From a phage, in the sequence record NC_136442.1: 50,809 bases of DNA, one strand, 5' to 3'. This document shows, in pieces, positions 27,654 through 35,177 of the stretch. Both the position numbers and the translations under genes were made by a program. Position 1 is the stretch's first letter; each line of letters begins with the position of its first letter. The notes below the pieces were generated by a model. The model made no database searches. It was not told where the DNA came from and saw nothing but the letters and a program-made list of their open reading frames with translations.

Positions 27654-29230
27654 CCCAGCAGTATTGGATTGACAAAAATAACACCATTAATAACACAAAC
27701 ATAATTTCTTTCTTCCAGCATTGGCAGCAAGTGCCCTTCTATCCTCTTCATTACGCCAGCTTGACCAACGAAAGGTTTTACCTTTCTCGCTGATTCGTAC
27801 AGGGCGCGAATATTCAGAATCCCTTTATTAGCCTTGCCGTGTCTAGTGATCAATTCAATCAATTTGCCCATTTCAGCATCATCACCAGCATAACCAGAAG
27901 CATTGGCGGCGCTAATGTATGTTTTGCTCAATTCCTGAAACATGATCAGCGCCTCTTGCATTGTTTCCACGTCGATCTCTTTCGACTTCTGCGGGTATCC
28001 GGCAGGATTAAACCAGTTGCGGATAACATGCAGGACGGAAGCAAGCCTGATCACCTGTTTATCCATTTTACCCAGCGCACCGCGTAACATTGTATGAGAA
28101 TACTTTCCGCCGTCTGCAAGATGCGGTTCCATATCCTGGCGAGCAATGTTGAGCACTCGCATAGCTGAACGGCTTATTTTCAGCGATATATTTGATTCGC
28201 TCATGATGTTATGCACCAATTGATAATATTGGGCCTTCAATTCAGGATCCACCGCCTCATAGGTAGAATCACCATTTTCATCAATGAATGAGCGACGGCC
28301 TAAGAATGATTCCTCACGGACCAACAAAAAGCGCTCACTCACACCGATACCGCGCGATCCAGCGTCCATGATTCCGCTTATCGTTTCATCCTGGGCTATA
28401 ACGCTCATACATCCAAGCGCGCGAAAACTCATGTTATTGTCAGCATTAGCACGGGCAATTGATACGTGACCATTATCCCACGCCTTAAGCACTAGCTCGC
28501 TGTTAGTCTTCCTTTCGCTATTGGCATAGGTCAAGCCTAACAGGCTGTTAATACTTGTTGCTTCGTCAGATATTACGGCAAAGTTACCTTGCTTGTTGTT
28601 GATTTTCGCCAAGCCTTCTGGAGTGGTATCTGAAACAGGGAAAGTTATATCACACATCTTTTCCAGCTTCTCCTCCAGATCCTCTTTTTCCTGGTATAGA
28701 GATTCCATATCAGCGCCTGATCTTTCGCTTTTCATCTCCTTTGCAAGACCTGCCAACTTTGCCTGTATTTTCTTTCTTTCCTTGCGGCGTTGCTCGTTGA
28801 TCTTCTCAACTTCCGCAATCATCGGAGCAATAGCCATACTGTTGATCGCAGATTTACCAGTTGACGGCGGCTGGCTTGTAACGACGTAAAGCGCAGTCGG
28901 CTGATCGGTTCCGTGATAGTCAACTGTAAAGCGTCCAAGCATAGCGGCAGAAATGCAGCCGATAAAGTGCATGTAAGCCGATGATTCAGGGAATTGAACT
29001 GATCGCGCAATGCTGCGTGATAACTTGCCGACAACATCAATATCATTACCAAGAGAAATAACGGGGTAGCGATCGTGACCGCTATTTACATCCTTCACGT
29101 CGCCCCAAAAGCTGGACGACTGGCGATAGCCGTTAGCCTGAATTGATACGCGAACTGGTGAAAGGTTCTGGCTTTCAGCCATAGCGATTATTTGCTGTGG
29201 AGTTAATTTGTTCGTTTCTAATGAAAACAT
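27650..29230 (-). CDS. P-loop NTPase, putative replication helicase/primase-associated ATPase (DUF3987-like)
   Basis: Walker A-like SQPPSTGKS, 526 aa, AAGGAG RBS. Confidence 0.55.
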   Translation of the reverse strand: MFSLETNKLTPQQIIAMAESQNLSPVRVSIQANGYRQSSSFWGDVKDVNSGHDRYPVISLGNDIDVVGKLSRSIARSVQFPESSAYMHFIGCISAAMLGRFTVDYHGTDQPTALYVVTSQPPSTGKSAINSMAIAPMIAEVEKINEQRRKERKKIQAKLAGLAKEMKSERSGADMESLYQEKEDLEEKLEKMCDITFPVSDTTPEGLAKINNKQGNFAVISDEATSINSLLGLTYANSERKTNSELVLKAWDNGHVSIARANADNNMSFRALGCMSVIAQDETISGIMDAGSRGIGVSERFLLVREESFLGRRSFIDENGDSTYEAVDPELKAQYYQLVHNIMSESNISLKISRSAMRVLNIARQDMEPHLADGGKYSHTMLRGALGKMDKQVIRLASVLHVIRNWFNPAGYPQKSKEIDVETMQEALIMFQELSKTYISAANASGYAGDDAEMGKLIELITRHGKANKGILNIRALYESARKVKPFVGQAGVMKRIEGHLLPMLEERNYVCVINGVIFVNPILLG

Positions 29231-29258
29231 TCGTTAGCTTCTCCTTTGTGGGCCGTAA

Positions 29259-29302
29259 ATTTTAACGGCCCAATACTACCCCGTTTTGTCAAAAAGTGCT
29301 AT
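29259..29302 (-). promoter_or_regulatory. motif-type promoter cassette (variant ATAGCACTTTTTGACAAAAC, 18 nt, TAAAAT)
   Basis: Read on minus strand. Confidence 0.6.
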
Positions 29303-29520
29303 TTGATCCGCTCTATTGCAACCAGAAGTCGATCAGGCTGGCGGTCGCTGTAGCATTCTCCTGTAATCCCATCCTTAAACGTAAAGTAAAGCGCCTTATG
29401 ATATGAAAAACCAATCAGCCAACCTACCGCCGTTTTTTTGATGGGCCTGACTATATCGCCAGGCTTGAAAGTCTTTGTGGTAGAATGCGTTACTTTGTAA
29501 CGGTTTTCACTGTTTATCAC
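29299..29520 (-). CDS. hypothetical protein (73 aa, GTG start)
   Basis: GTGA overlap with upstream stop; GAGGGT RBS. Confidence 0.45.
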   Translation of the reverse strand: MINSENRYKVTHSTTKTFKPGDIVRPIKKTAVGWLIGFSYHKALYFTFKDGITGECYSDRQPDRLLVAIERIK

Positions 29521-29903
29521 AGATATTTACCCTCAAAAAGATAACAGCCGCCAGCAGAGAATCCGACCTCTTCACGGTACAGGTTCCAGCGATCGCCGCA
29601 CTCATCAAAAACATAACCCGCAACGCTTCCAAGCGGTCGCCCTTTCTCGATCTGGTATCGCTTGCCCTGCTTAAAGTGCTTTTTGCACGGCATGTTATGA
29701 TCTACAAACGTGCAAAGAACGGTTTTTGTGTTAATGGCGCGGTAATCATCTCGGTTTGCTGGAAGCCAGCGGCTACCCTTAACAAGCGTCTTAACCTGGA
29801 ACTCTTCCACCTCGATCACATCATCACTTCCTGCAATCTTCTGATAAACCGTTTTAAAACGGCCTTTCATCAATACGTTGGTTTCATTACAGACAACATT
29901 CAT
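29517..29903 (-). CDS. hypothetical protein (128 aa, Cys/His-containing)
   Basis: AAGGAG RBS; first gene after motif cassette. Confidence 0.6.
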   Translation of the reverse strand: MNVVCNETNVLMKGRFKTVYQKIAGSDDVIEVEEFQVKTLVKGSRWLPANRDDYRAINTKTVLCTFVDHNMPCKKHFKQGKRYQIEKGRPLGSVAGYVFDECGDRWNLYREEVGFSAGGCYLFEGKYL

Positions 29904-29932
29904 GATCAGATCTCCTTTGTTTGTTCGATGTG

Positions 29933-29976
29933 ATTATGCCAGGTTTTTACACCTGGCTTTTAACAAAAAGTGCTAT
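29933..29976 (-). promoter_or_regulatory. motif-type promoter cassette (motif, hairpin CCAGGTGTAAAAACCTGG, CATAAT)
   Basis: Read on minus strand. Confidence 0.6.
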
Positions 29977-30689
29977 TTTGAGTTTGACTCAAAGACGGCG
30001 CGAGCAAATCCGCGCGGAGTGAGGGAGCGGATCATCTTTGTGCGCGATGACTTACCGCCAGTTTTGGCCCAGCCTGGATTATCTTTGTCTTCCTCTTTCG
30101 GCAGGATTAAAGCGCGCGGAGGAATAACAAAGCCGTTGCCAGTCCAGAGGCACGTTTTCTTAAAATAGCGATCCCGTGCCGGAATAATATCAGGGAAGTC
30201 GGGATGTTTATCATCTTCCGGCAGATAGCCAGCGTAATCGCACGGATGGAACGTATAATCAGGCTTACGCCATAACGTTGACAACTTGCCAACCGGATTT
30301 TCGATCATGTAAGGAACACCGAAATAATCAGCTATATCAGCCGCAATTCTGCAAGTGTCGGCGGCCTCATCCTGGAATGATGGATTCTCAAGGCGTTTTT
30401 TGGCCCAATGGCGAGATCCGCTATTTGCAAGGTCGGTGCATGGTGGGAAGGCCATAATAAAATCAGGATTGCCCCACTCATTATTGATTGCCTTAACATA
30501 AAAAGCATCATCAATCCAGACGTTAACGTATTCGATATTCTCATGCTGTATGCGCACTGACTGGTAATCACCGTGATCGCCGCCGTCAGCATTAAAGCAA
30601 ATGCACTTATAGCCATTATCAGCCCAATCTTTAACGGCTTTACCAGATCCATCAAATAGGGAGAATATTAAACCTTTATACATCGTCAT
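29973..30689 (-). CDS. putative DNA (cytosine-5)-methyltransferase-like protein
   Basis: LFDGSG (motif I-like), PPC (motif IV-like), ENPVG (motif VI-like) in canonical order; alternative start at 30683. Confidence 0.45.
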   Translation of the reverse strand: MTMYKGLIFSLFDGSGKAVKDWADNGYKCICFNADGGDHGDYQSVRIQHENIEYVNVWIDDAFYVKAINNEWGNPDFIMAFPPCTDLANSGSRHWAKKRLENPSFQDEAADTCRIAADIADYFGVPYMIENPVGKLSTLWRKPDYTFHPCDYAGYLPEDDKHPDFPDIIPARDRYFKKTCLWTGNGFVIPPRALILPKEEDKDNPGWAKTGGKSSRTKMIRSLTPRGFARAVFESNSK

Positions 30690-30693
30690 TACC

Positions 30694-30918
30694 TCAAAAC
30701 GGAAAACAGCGCGCACAACCAGGATCGAAATCGCATCCACAATCATTAACAATCATAGTGGGATCTGCAAATATTGCGCTTGACTCAAGATCCATATCCA
30801 TATCACCTAAAGCCTCATCAAGAGTCTTAATTTTATATGCCACTTCAAGCGCCGCCTCTTTATTTAGTCCGGCATCTTCTGCCATTTGAAGGCGCTCAAA
30901 AAAACCATCTTGACTCAT
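30694..30918 (-). CDS. hypothetical acidic protein with C-terminal CGCDFDPGCARC motif
   Basis: 74-aa ORF, TGA/ATG coupling with upstream mini-gene. Confidence 0.5.
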   Translation of the reverse strand: MSQDGFFERLQMAEDAGLNKEAALEVAYKIKTLDEALGDMDMDLESSAIFADPTMIVNDCGCDFDPGCARCFPF

Positions 30919-31031
30919 CGCATAATCCCCTTAATAACAGCCAAGATAATAGCCAGGCCAGCAGCAGTAACCAAAAATCCAACCGCGCCAATAATCGAAT
31001 AAAAAAAGAAATCAATAGCTTTATCTATCAT
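30915..31031 (-). CDS. small hydrophobic membrane peptide (38 aa)
   Basis: MIDKAIDFFFYSIIGAVGFLVTAAGLAIILAVIKGIMR; GAGGTGG RBS; ATGA coupling to downstream gene; below ORF-track cutoff. Confidence 0.45.
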   Translation of the reverse strand: MIDKAIDFFFYSIIGAVGFLVTAAGLAIILAVIKGIMR

Positions 31032-31072
31032 TTTCCACCTCATTTAAAAGGCGGCAAACGCCGCCAGATTAA

Positions 31073-31300
31073 TTAAAGAGCGCGCCAACTTTGAATATAG
31101 AAAGCGTTTTCTTCCAGTAATTCTTTTACCTGATCTTTATTGTATTTGCGCACCTTGCCGCCTGGATGGATACCAATAAGATAGCCGCCTTTGCCCTCGG
31201 TAATAGTGATTTGGCTAATTCCGCAGGACTTATCAAGTTTTACAGCCACGCGGTGATGAGCGTCAATAGTTGCCATAATGTTTAAAACTTTTGCTTTCAT
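31073..31300 (-). CDS. hypothetical protein (75 aa)
   Basis: GAGGA RBS. Confidence 0.55.
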   Translation of the reverse strand: MKAKVLNIMATIDAHHRVAVKLDKSCGISQITITEGKGGYLIGIHPGGKVRKYNKDQVKELLEENAFYIQSWRAL

Positions 31301-31455
31301 TTAAATATCCTCAATTGAAATATGAATGACGTGGCGCTCTTTTTCCGTCGCCGCCGTAATGGTCATTTGCAACCGCCACCATCCAGGCATTTTTGAATAT
31401 AAAAAGCCTCATTTCTTATTTTTCAGCTTAAATTTATGAAATGGAATACCCGCCA

Positions 31456-31737
31456 TTATACGATCCCAGTTACGTTAAAACTTACAGCCTTTGTTGCGCT
31501 AAATACATAAGCATCAACAGCGCCGCCAAATACACGAATTTTACCCTGGCCGTACTGCGCATTCATATTTCGCCAAACCGTTCTATTAGAGCAGAATGCG
31601 CTACCAGTCTTAATAAGCGTATCCATCTCTTTTCTTAGATCGCGATAGTCCAGCCAGAATCTAAAGGCACGCTGTTTAATTCGCGCCGCCTTGATTTTTT
31701 CTCTTGCGCTATTGAAATCATTCTTTTCGTATGCCAT
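31456..31737 (-). CDS. hypothetical protein (93 aa)
   Basis: TAATG overlap with upstream gene. Confidence 0.5.
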   Translation of the reverse strand: MAYEKNDFNSAREKIKAARIKQRAFRFWLDYRDLRKEMDTLIKTGSAFCSNRTVWRNMNAQYGQGKIRVFGGAVDAYVFSATKAVSFNVTGIV

Positions 31738-31934
31738 TAAATGATCTCCATGTATGTTTCAAAGCCATTTAACTTGAACAGGCCGTTTTCACATTTGCGC
31801 ACGTTCCAAGTTAGCCCTGAGTGGTACGCCTCCATATCATCAAGGTCAATGGTGATTTCAGCACCTTTCTTAAACAAACCTTTTTCGTGAGACTTGTCGC
31901 GCTTAACAACTTTAACATCAACCTGATTTTCCAT
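31737..31934 (-). CDS. hypothetical protein (65 aa)
   Basis: Start MENQVDV follows cassette leader ...CATCGACAACAAGCGAGGATTTAAAG. Confidence 0.55.
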   Translation of the reverse strand: MENQVDVKVVKRDKSHEKGLFKKGAEITIDLDDMEAYHSGLTWNVRKCENGLFKLNGFETYMEII

Positions 31935-31965
31935 CTTTAAATCCTCGCTTGTTGTCGATGGGTGT

Positions 31966-32009
31966 AATATACCATTCAGGCGCACATCGTTTTTAACAAA
32001 AAGTGCTAT
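31966..32009 (-). promoter_or_regulatory. motif-type promoter cassette (motif with extra A, TATATT)
   Basis: Read on minus strand. Confidence 0.6.
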
Positions 32010-32296
32010 TCAACAACTTTTCCAGTTAAAGAGATAAGTTGCCTTGTGATCTTGTGGCGGCGATACTTACGCGCAACAACCGGAAGGTTTTCACCGCTTT
32101 GATGACCAAAGCAGATCGGCAATTCACCTTCAAGGGAGCGGAAGCCACCAAATTCAAGATCCCGCACTGGCTTAGCGCGCCAGGCTTCAATAAATCCGCG
32201 CTCGTCACGAGTGATATAGCGGTATATATTTGGGAGGGGCAATTGTATCCCCTCAAAATCAACTGTGTCGGTGTAGCTGTAAAACTTAGAACTCAT
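32006..32296 (-). CDS. hypothetical protein (96 aa from ATG 32296; frame open further upstream)
   Basis: GGAG RBS before ATG 32296; stop TAG embedded in motif. Confidence 0.5.
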   Translation of the reverse strand: MSSKFYSYTDTVDFEGIQLPLPNIYRYITRDERGFIEAWRAKPVRDLEFGGFRSLEGELPICFGHQSGENLPVVARKYRRHKITRQLISLTGKVVE

Positions 32297-32471
32297 AGTC
32301 AACAACTCCAAACTCGTTAACGATTTGCGCCTTGTAGAATCCGCCATTTTTCGCAAGGTTGTAGCAAGCGGCTACGGTTTCAAATTCGCGCGCTTCCGGC
32401 TGGCTGTTTTCGTGTTCCCAGGTAATCAGAGTAACCATTTTCAAATCCTCGCATTCGTTGTCGATGCGTGT

Positions 32472-32515
32472 AATGTACAGGAATACGAGGATTGAGTTTT
32501 AACAAAAAGTGCTAT
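32472..32515 (-). promoter_or_regulatory. motif-type promoter cassette (consensus motif, 18 nt, TACATT)
   Basis: Read on minus strand; leader ACACGCATCGACAACGAA. Confidence 0.6.
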
Positions 32516-32779
32516 TTAGTCCAGGAATTCGATTTCACGCTCTCCAGTTAACGGATCCACAAGCCAGAATCCGAGCGGTTCGCCGTGAACACCGCCATAG
32601 AATCCAAGCGCCGTCAGATCTTCACCTTTAACGAATACCAGATTCCCGCTACGGCTTACGTGAGACACGTTAACGATAACCGGAAATGTGCGATCCTTAA
32701 ATGCAGGCCGCAGGGCGTAACATCCGTTGTTGAGCAAACGTGCTTTGCGCTTAACTGGAATAGGTGCATTAATTTTCAT
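32516..32779 (-). CDS. hypothetical protein (87 aa)
   Basis: GGAG RBS; stop adjacent to motif. Confidence 0.55.
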   Translation of the reverse strand: MKINAPIPVKRKARLLNNGCYALRPAFKDRTFPVIVNVSHVSRSGNLVFVKGEDLTALGFYGGVHGEPLGFWLVDPLTGEREIEFLD

Positions 32780-32791
32780 GGTTATTACTCC

Positions 32792-33004
32792 TTATCGTAA
32801 AGATTTAAAGACGTATAGTTTACTGCGGTAACTATATATCCGCATTGTTATTTCTCGCAGTGCAATATATTCCTTCCTGTTTTCCGGCAGACTGGCGAGC
32901 AACAACAGGCAGTATTTATAAGCGCGGTCAAGATTCCTTTCCGTGCCCCTGCAATATCCCTTGTTGCGCCTGGAGCGGTACAGCCATAACAATTTCTTGA
33001 ACAT
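32792..33004 (-). CDS. hypothetical basic protein (70 aa); coding status uncertain
   Basis: ATG 2 nt after upstream stop; arginine-rich, weak RBS. Confidence 0.3.
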   Translation of the reverse strand: MFKKLLWLYRSRRNKGYCRGTERNLDRAYKYCLLLLASLPENRKEYIALREITMRIYSYRSKLYVFKSLR

Positions 33005-33005
33005 T

Positions 33006-33215
33006 TCAGATACGCCCATATAGATCACAGACTTCGTTGATAAAACAGCGTTGAGACTCTTTATCCTGCTTCTCAAACATCGCACGGCACTCATAGCGGT
33101 GATTATGTACGATGACAACAACCATATTTTCAGGTGCTGACGGGTTACGCGCGGAAGCGTCGCAGATTGAAACATCCATACCCATCTCATGTGCTTTCTT
33201 GATCACATCCAACAT
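33006..33215 (-). CDS. hypothetical protein (69 aa)
   Basis: AGGAG RBS 9 nt upstream of ATG 33215. Confidence 0.5.
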   Translation of the reverse strand: MLDVIKKAHEMGMDVSICDASARNPSAPENMVVVIVHNHRYECRAMFEKQDKESQRCFINEVCDLYGRI

Positions 33216-33469
33216 TTTTTCTTCTCCTGCAATAAGCAAACATCATTGATAAAATCAGCACGGCCCTTAATGTTGCTGATGTGGAACGTCTTTTCAGCGT
33301 ACAGGCCATCACCTTCAATCACGATCATTACGCGAGTCGGTTTATTTACGGGCGCACACGAAAAGAGTGGTCGCGCCGGAAGAAATTTAGTAGCCACATC
33401 CAGGTTAGCCCTGGCGGCCCTGCAAAACGCCTCCGCCAGATCCAAATCATTTTCGGTAATCACCGCCAT
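33203..33469 (-). CDS. hypothetical protein (88 aa)
   Basis: TAATG coupling with upstream gene. Confidence 0.5.
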   Translation of the reverse strand: MAVITENDLDLAEAFCRAARANLDVATKFLPARPLFSCAPVNKPTRVMIVIEGDGLYAEKTFHISNIKGRADFINDVCLLQEKKKCWM

Positions 33470-33741
33470 TACTTCTTGATCTCCTCACTGATAAATTTCA
33501 GCACCTGACGCAAGAAAACCTCGTTGTTGATAGTCGCTGGCAATTCTTCTTTCACTTCTTGCGGCAGATAGATATTGCCGTGCCAGGTCAAGCAATCGTA
33601 GTTGATACGATAAGAGCAAAGCCACTCGCAATCGTTATCTGCTTCCCAAATGCAGAGTTGCAGAACATCGCCAAAATCTTCAACAGTCAGATCCAGACCG
33701 TGACGCTTAGCGAAATTGAAAGTGGTTTTGCTGATGTTCAT
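33469..33741 (-). CDS. hypothetical protein (90 aa), first gene of the leftward early block
   Basis: Follows motif cassette; AGGAGA RBS. Confidence 0.6.
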   Translation of the reverse strand: MNISKTTFNFAKRHGLDLTVEDFGDVLQLCIWEADNDCEWLCSYRINYDCLTWHGNIYLPQEVKEELPATINNEVFLRQVLKFISEEIKK

Positions 33742-33775
33742 TGCTATCTCCTGAGCGGTTCGTTTCGATGTGTGT

Positions 33776-33819
33776 AATGTACCCGATCAGGTGGCCTGAG
33801 TTTTAACAAAAAGTGCTAT
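33776..33819 (-). promoter_or_regulatory. motif-type promoter cassette (consensus motif, 18 nt, TACATT)
   Basis: Read on minus strand; leader ACACACATCGAAACGAAC. Confidence 0.6.
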
Positions 33820-33850
33820 TTGACGGTTAGAGCCAGGATTGTGATCGAAA

Positions 33851-33938
33851 TAATCAGAAGTAATCATTCGTAATCAAATCACGTCAAAATGATGATTGCC
33901 TTTGCAAATTTGATGAGAAAAGTAATCACGTTTAATCA
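33851..33938. repeat. five TAATCA direct repeats phased at 10-bp intervals (33851, 33861, 33871, 33923, 33933)
   Basis: Read directly; helical phasing in a non-coding divergent region. Confidence 0.8.
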
Positions 33939-34358
33939 TTGGTTGCAGGGGAGATAGTGAAACATTCCCCTCTTGCCTCACTTTTCCGCCTGGCTGTCAG
34001 TGGTTGTTATGTTCCGTTCCCGCCTGTTCTTTTGTTGACCTTCCGCAAAATACGATAACAAAAAATAACAAACAATACCTATATAATACATTGAAAAATA
34101 AGGATTATTTATTTATATGTATCTATATATTCTCTTTTGTTATCTTGGTTATTGTGGTATTTGGTGGGGGTATATAGTTTTTGTGTATCTATATGTGTGT
34201 ATGGGTATGTAAGGGCATATATATCTATATGGCACTTTCCGCGAGAAAACTTCGATAACAATCAATGATAACATTGATTTATAAGGAAAAATAACGCCTA
34301 TATTGTTATTGTGCCACCATATAAAATTGATAAAACACGCGGGAACAAGAAAAAACAG

Positions 34359-34387
34359 TTGACACATTAAATAGCATTATTGATAAT
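34359..34387 (+). promoter_or_regulatory. consensus sigma70-type promoter TTGACA-17-GATAAT for the rightward early block
   Basis: Perfect -35, 17-nt spacer, -10 GATAAT, followed by AGGAGG RBS and ATG 34416. Confidence 0.7.
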
Positions 34388-34415
34388 GCCGACACCTAAC
34401 AACCAGGAGGCAGAA

Positions 34416-34880
34416 ATGAGCGAGCAATCATTCACTGACACGCTGCGCCGTGCAGCTATTATGCTGGCTAATGGCGAGGAAGAGACGATTAAGATTCCTG
34501 ACGCGTATTTGCAGGTCCACATGTTCGGCAAGAAGTCGGCAAGCAATCCGGCGGCCTACATTCGCCAGATCATGAGTCGAGTGCCAGAAGTCGCCGAGCG
34601 GGGGCGCGTATCCGTTACCCGTGGCGTTTACGGGCCGGAAGATGAAAACTTCGGTAGCACTTTCTACGAGGTGCGCATTGTTGAAGGCCGTCGCAAGGTT
34701 TACAACAAAGAGGCACTGGAAAGGGCAGTACGCCAGGCTAAGCGCAAAGTTGCAGAGGCGATCATTGATATGTCACCCAACCTGGCAAACTATGCGCCGG
34801 AAGAGTATGAAACATTATCAAAGGCCGTCGCTGACTTTCACGCGATGATCAAAAAAACTTTCCTGGAGGATGAGCAATGA
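34416..34880 (+). CDS. hypothetical protein (154 aa), first rightward early gene
   Basis: AGGAGG RBS 6 nt upstream; immediately downstream of the consensus promoter. Confidence 0.65.
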   Translation: MSEQSFTDTLRRAAIMLANGEEETIKIPDAYLQVHMFGKKSASNPAAYIRQIMSRVPEVAERGRVSVTRGVYGPEDENFGSTFYEVRIVEGRRKVYNKEALERAVRQAKRKVAEAIIDMSPNLANYAPEEYETLSKAVADFHAMIKKTFLEDEQ

Positions 34881-35137
34881 AAAAGGCGTTAATCGGTGTT
34901 TTGGTGGCAATGACACTCCTGACCGGATGCGAAAAGGCATCAGAATCAACGGTTGTCGTAGGCGTGGAGTCAGATTTCAAAGTCGGCCGCCTGTTCACTG
35001 TTGACGGATGCACAGCATACAGATTCTATGATAACGGTCGCGCGATCTATTACACCAATTGCAAAGGCGCAACGGATAGCACGTACAACAGCGGAAAGAA
35101 CGTAATGCACCAGCAAGTCACAACAGATATTAAATAG
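34877..35137 (+). CDS. lipoprotein (86 aa)
   Basis: Signal MKKALIGVLVAMTLLTGC with lipobox; ATGA overlap with upstream gene. Confidence 0.6.
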   Translation: MKKALIGVLVAMTLLTGCEKASESTVVVGVESDFKVGRLFTVDGCTAYRFYDNGRAIYYTNCKGATDSTYNSGKNVMHQQVTTDIK

Positions 35138-35177
35138 CACTTTTTGTTAAAACGCCAGGCGCAAAGCCTGGCATAAT
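35134..35177 (+). promoter_or_regulatory. motif-type promoter cassette (consensus motif, hairpin GCCAGGCGCAAAGCCTGGC, CATAAT)
   Basis: Read directly; leader AGCCTCATCGAAACGAGA then GAGGAA RBS. Confidence 0.65.

Noticed and set aside
32026-32320. Overlapping alternate-frame ORFs 32026..32262 (-) and 32039..32320 (+)
   Set aside because: Both overlap the better-supported minus-strand gene 32006..32296, which has an RBS and sits in the cassette-defined operon; the + strand ORF would be antisense to the entire leftward block.
34149-34367. Minus-strand 72-aa ORF inside AT-rich element B
   Set aside because: Lies within a promoter-rich AT tract; product is Ile/Tyr/Pro-rich with no RBS; more consistent with non-coding regulatory DNA.
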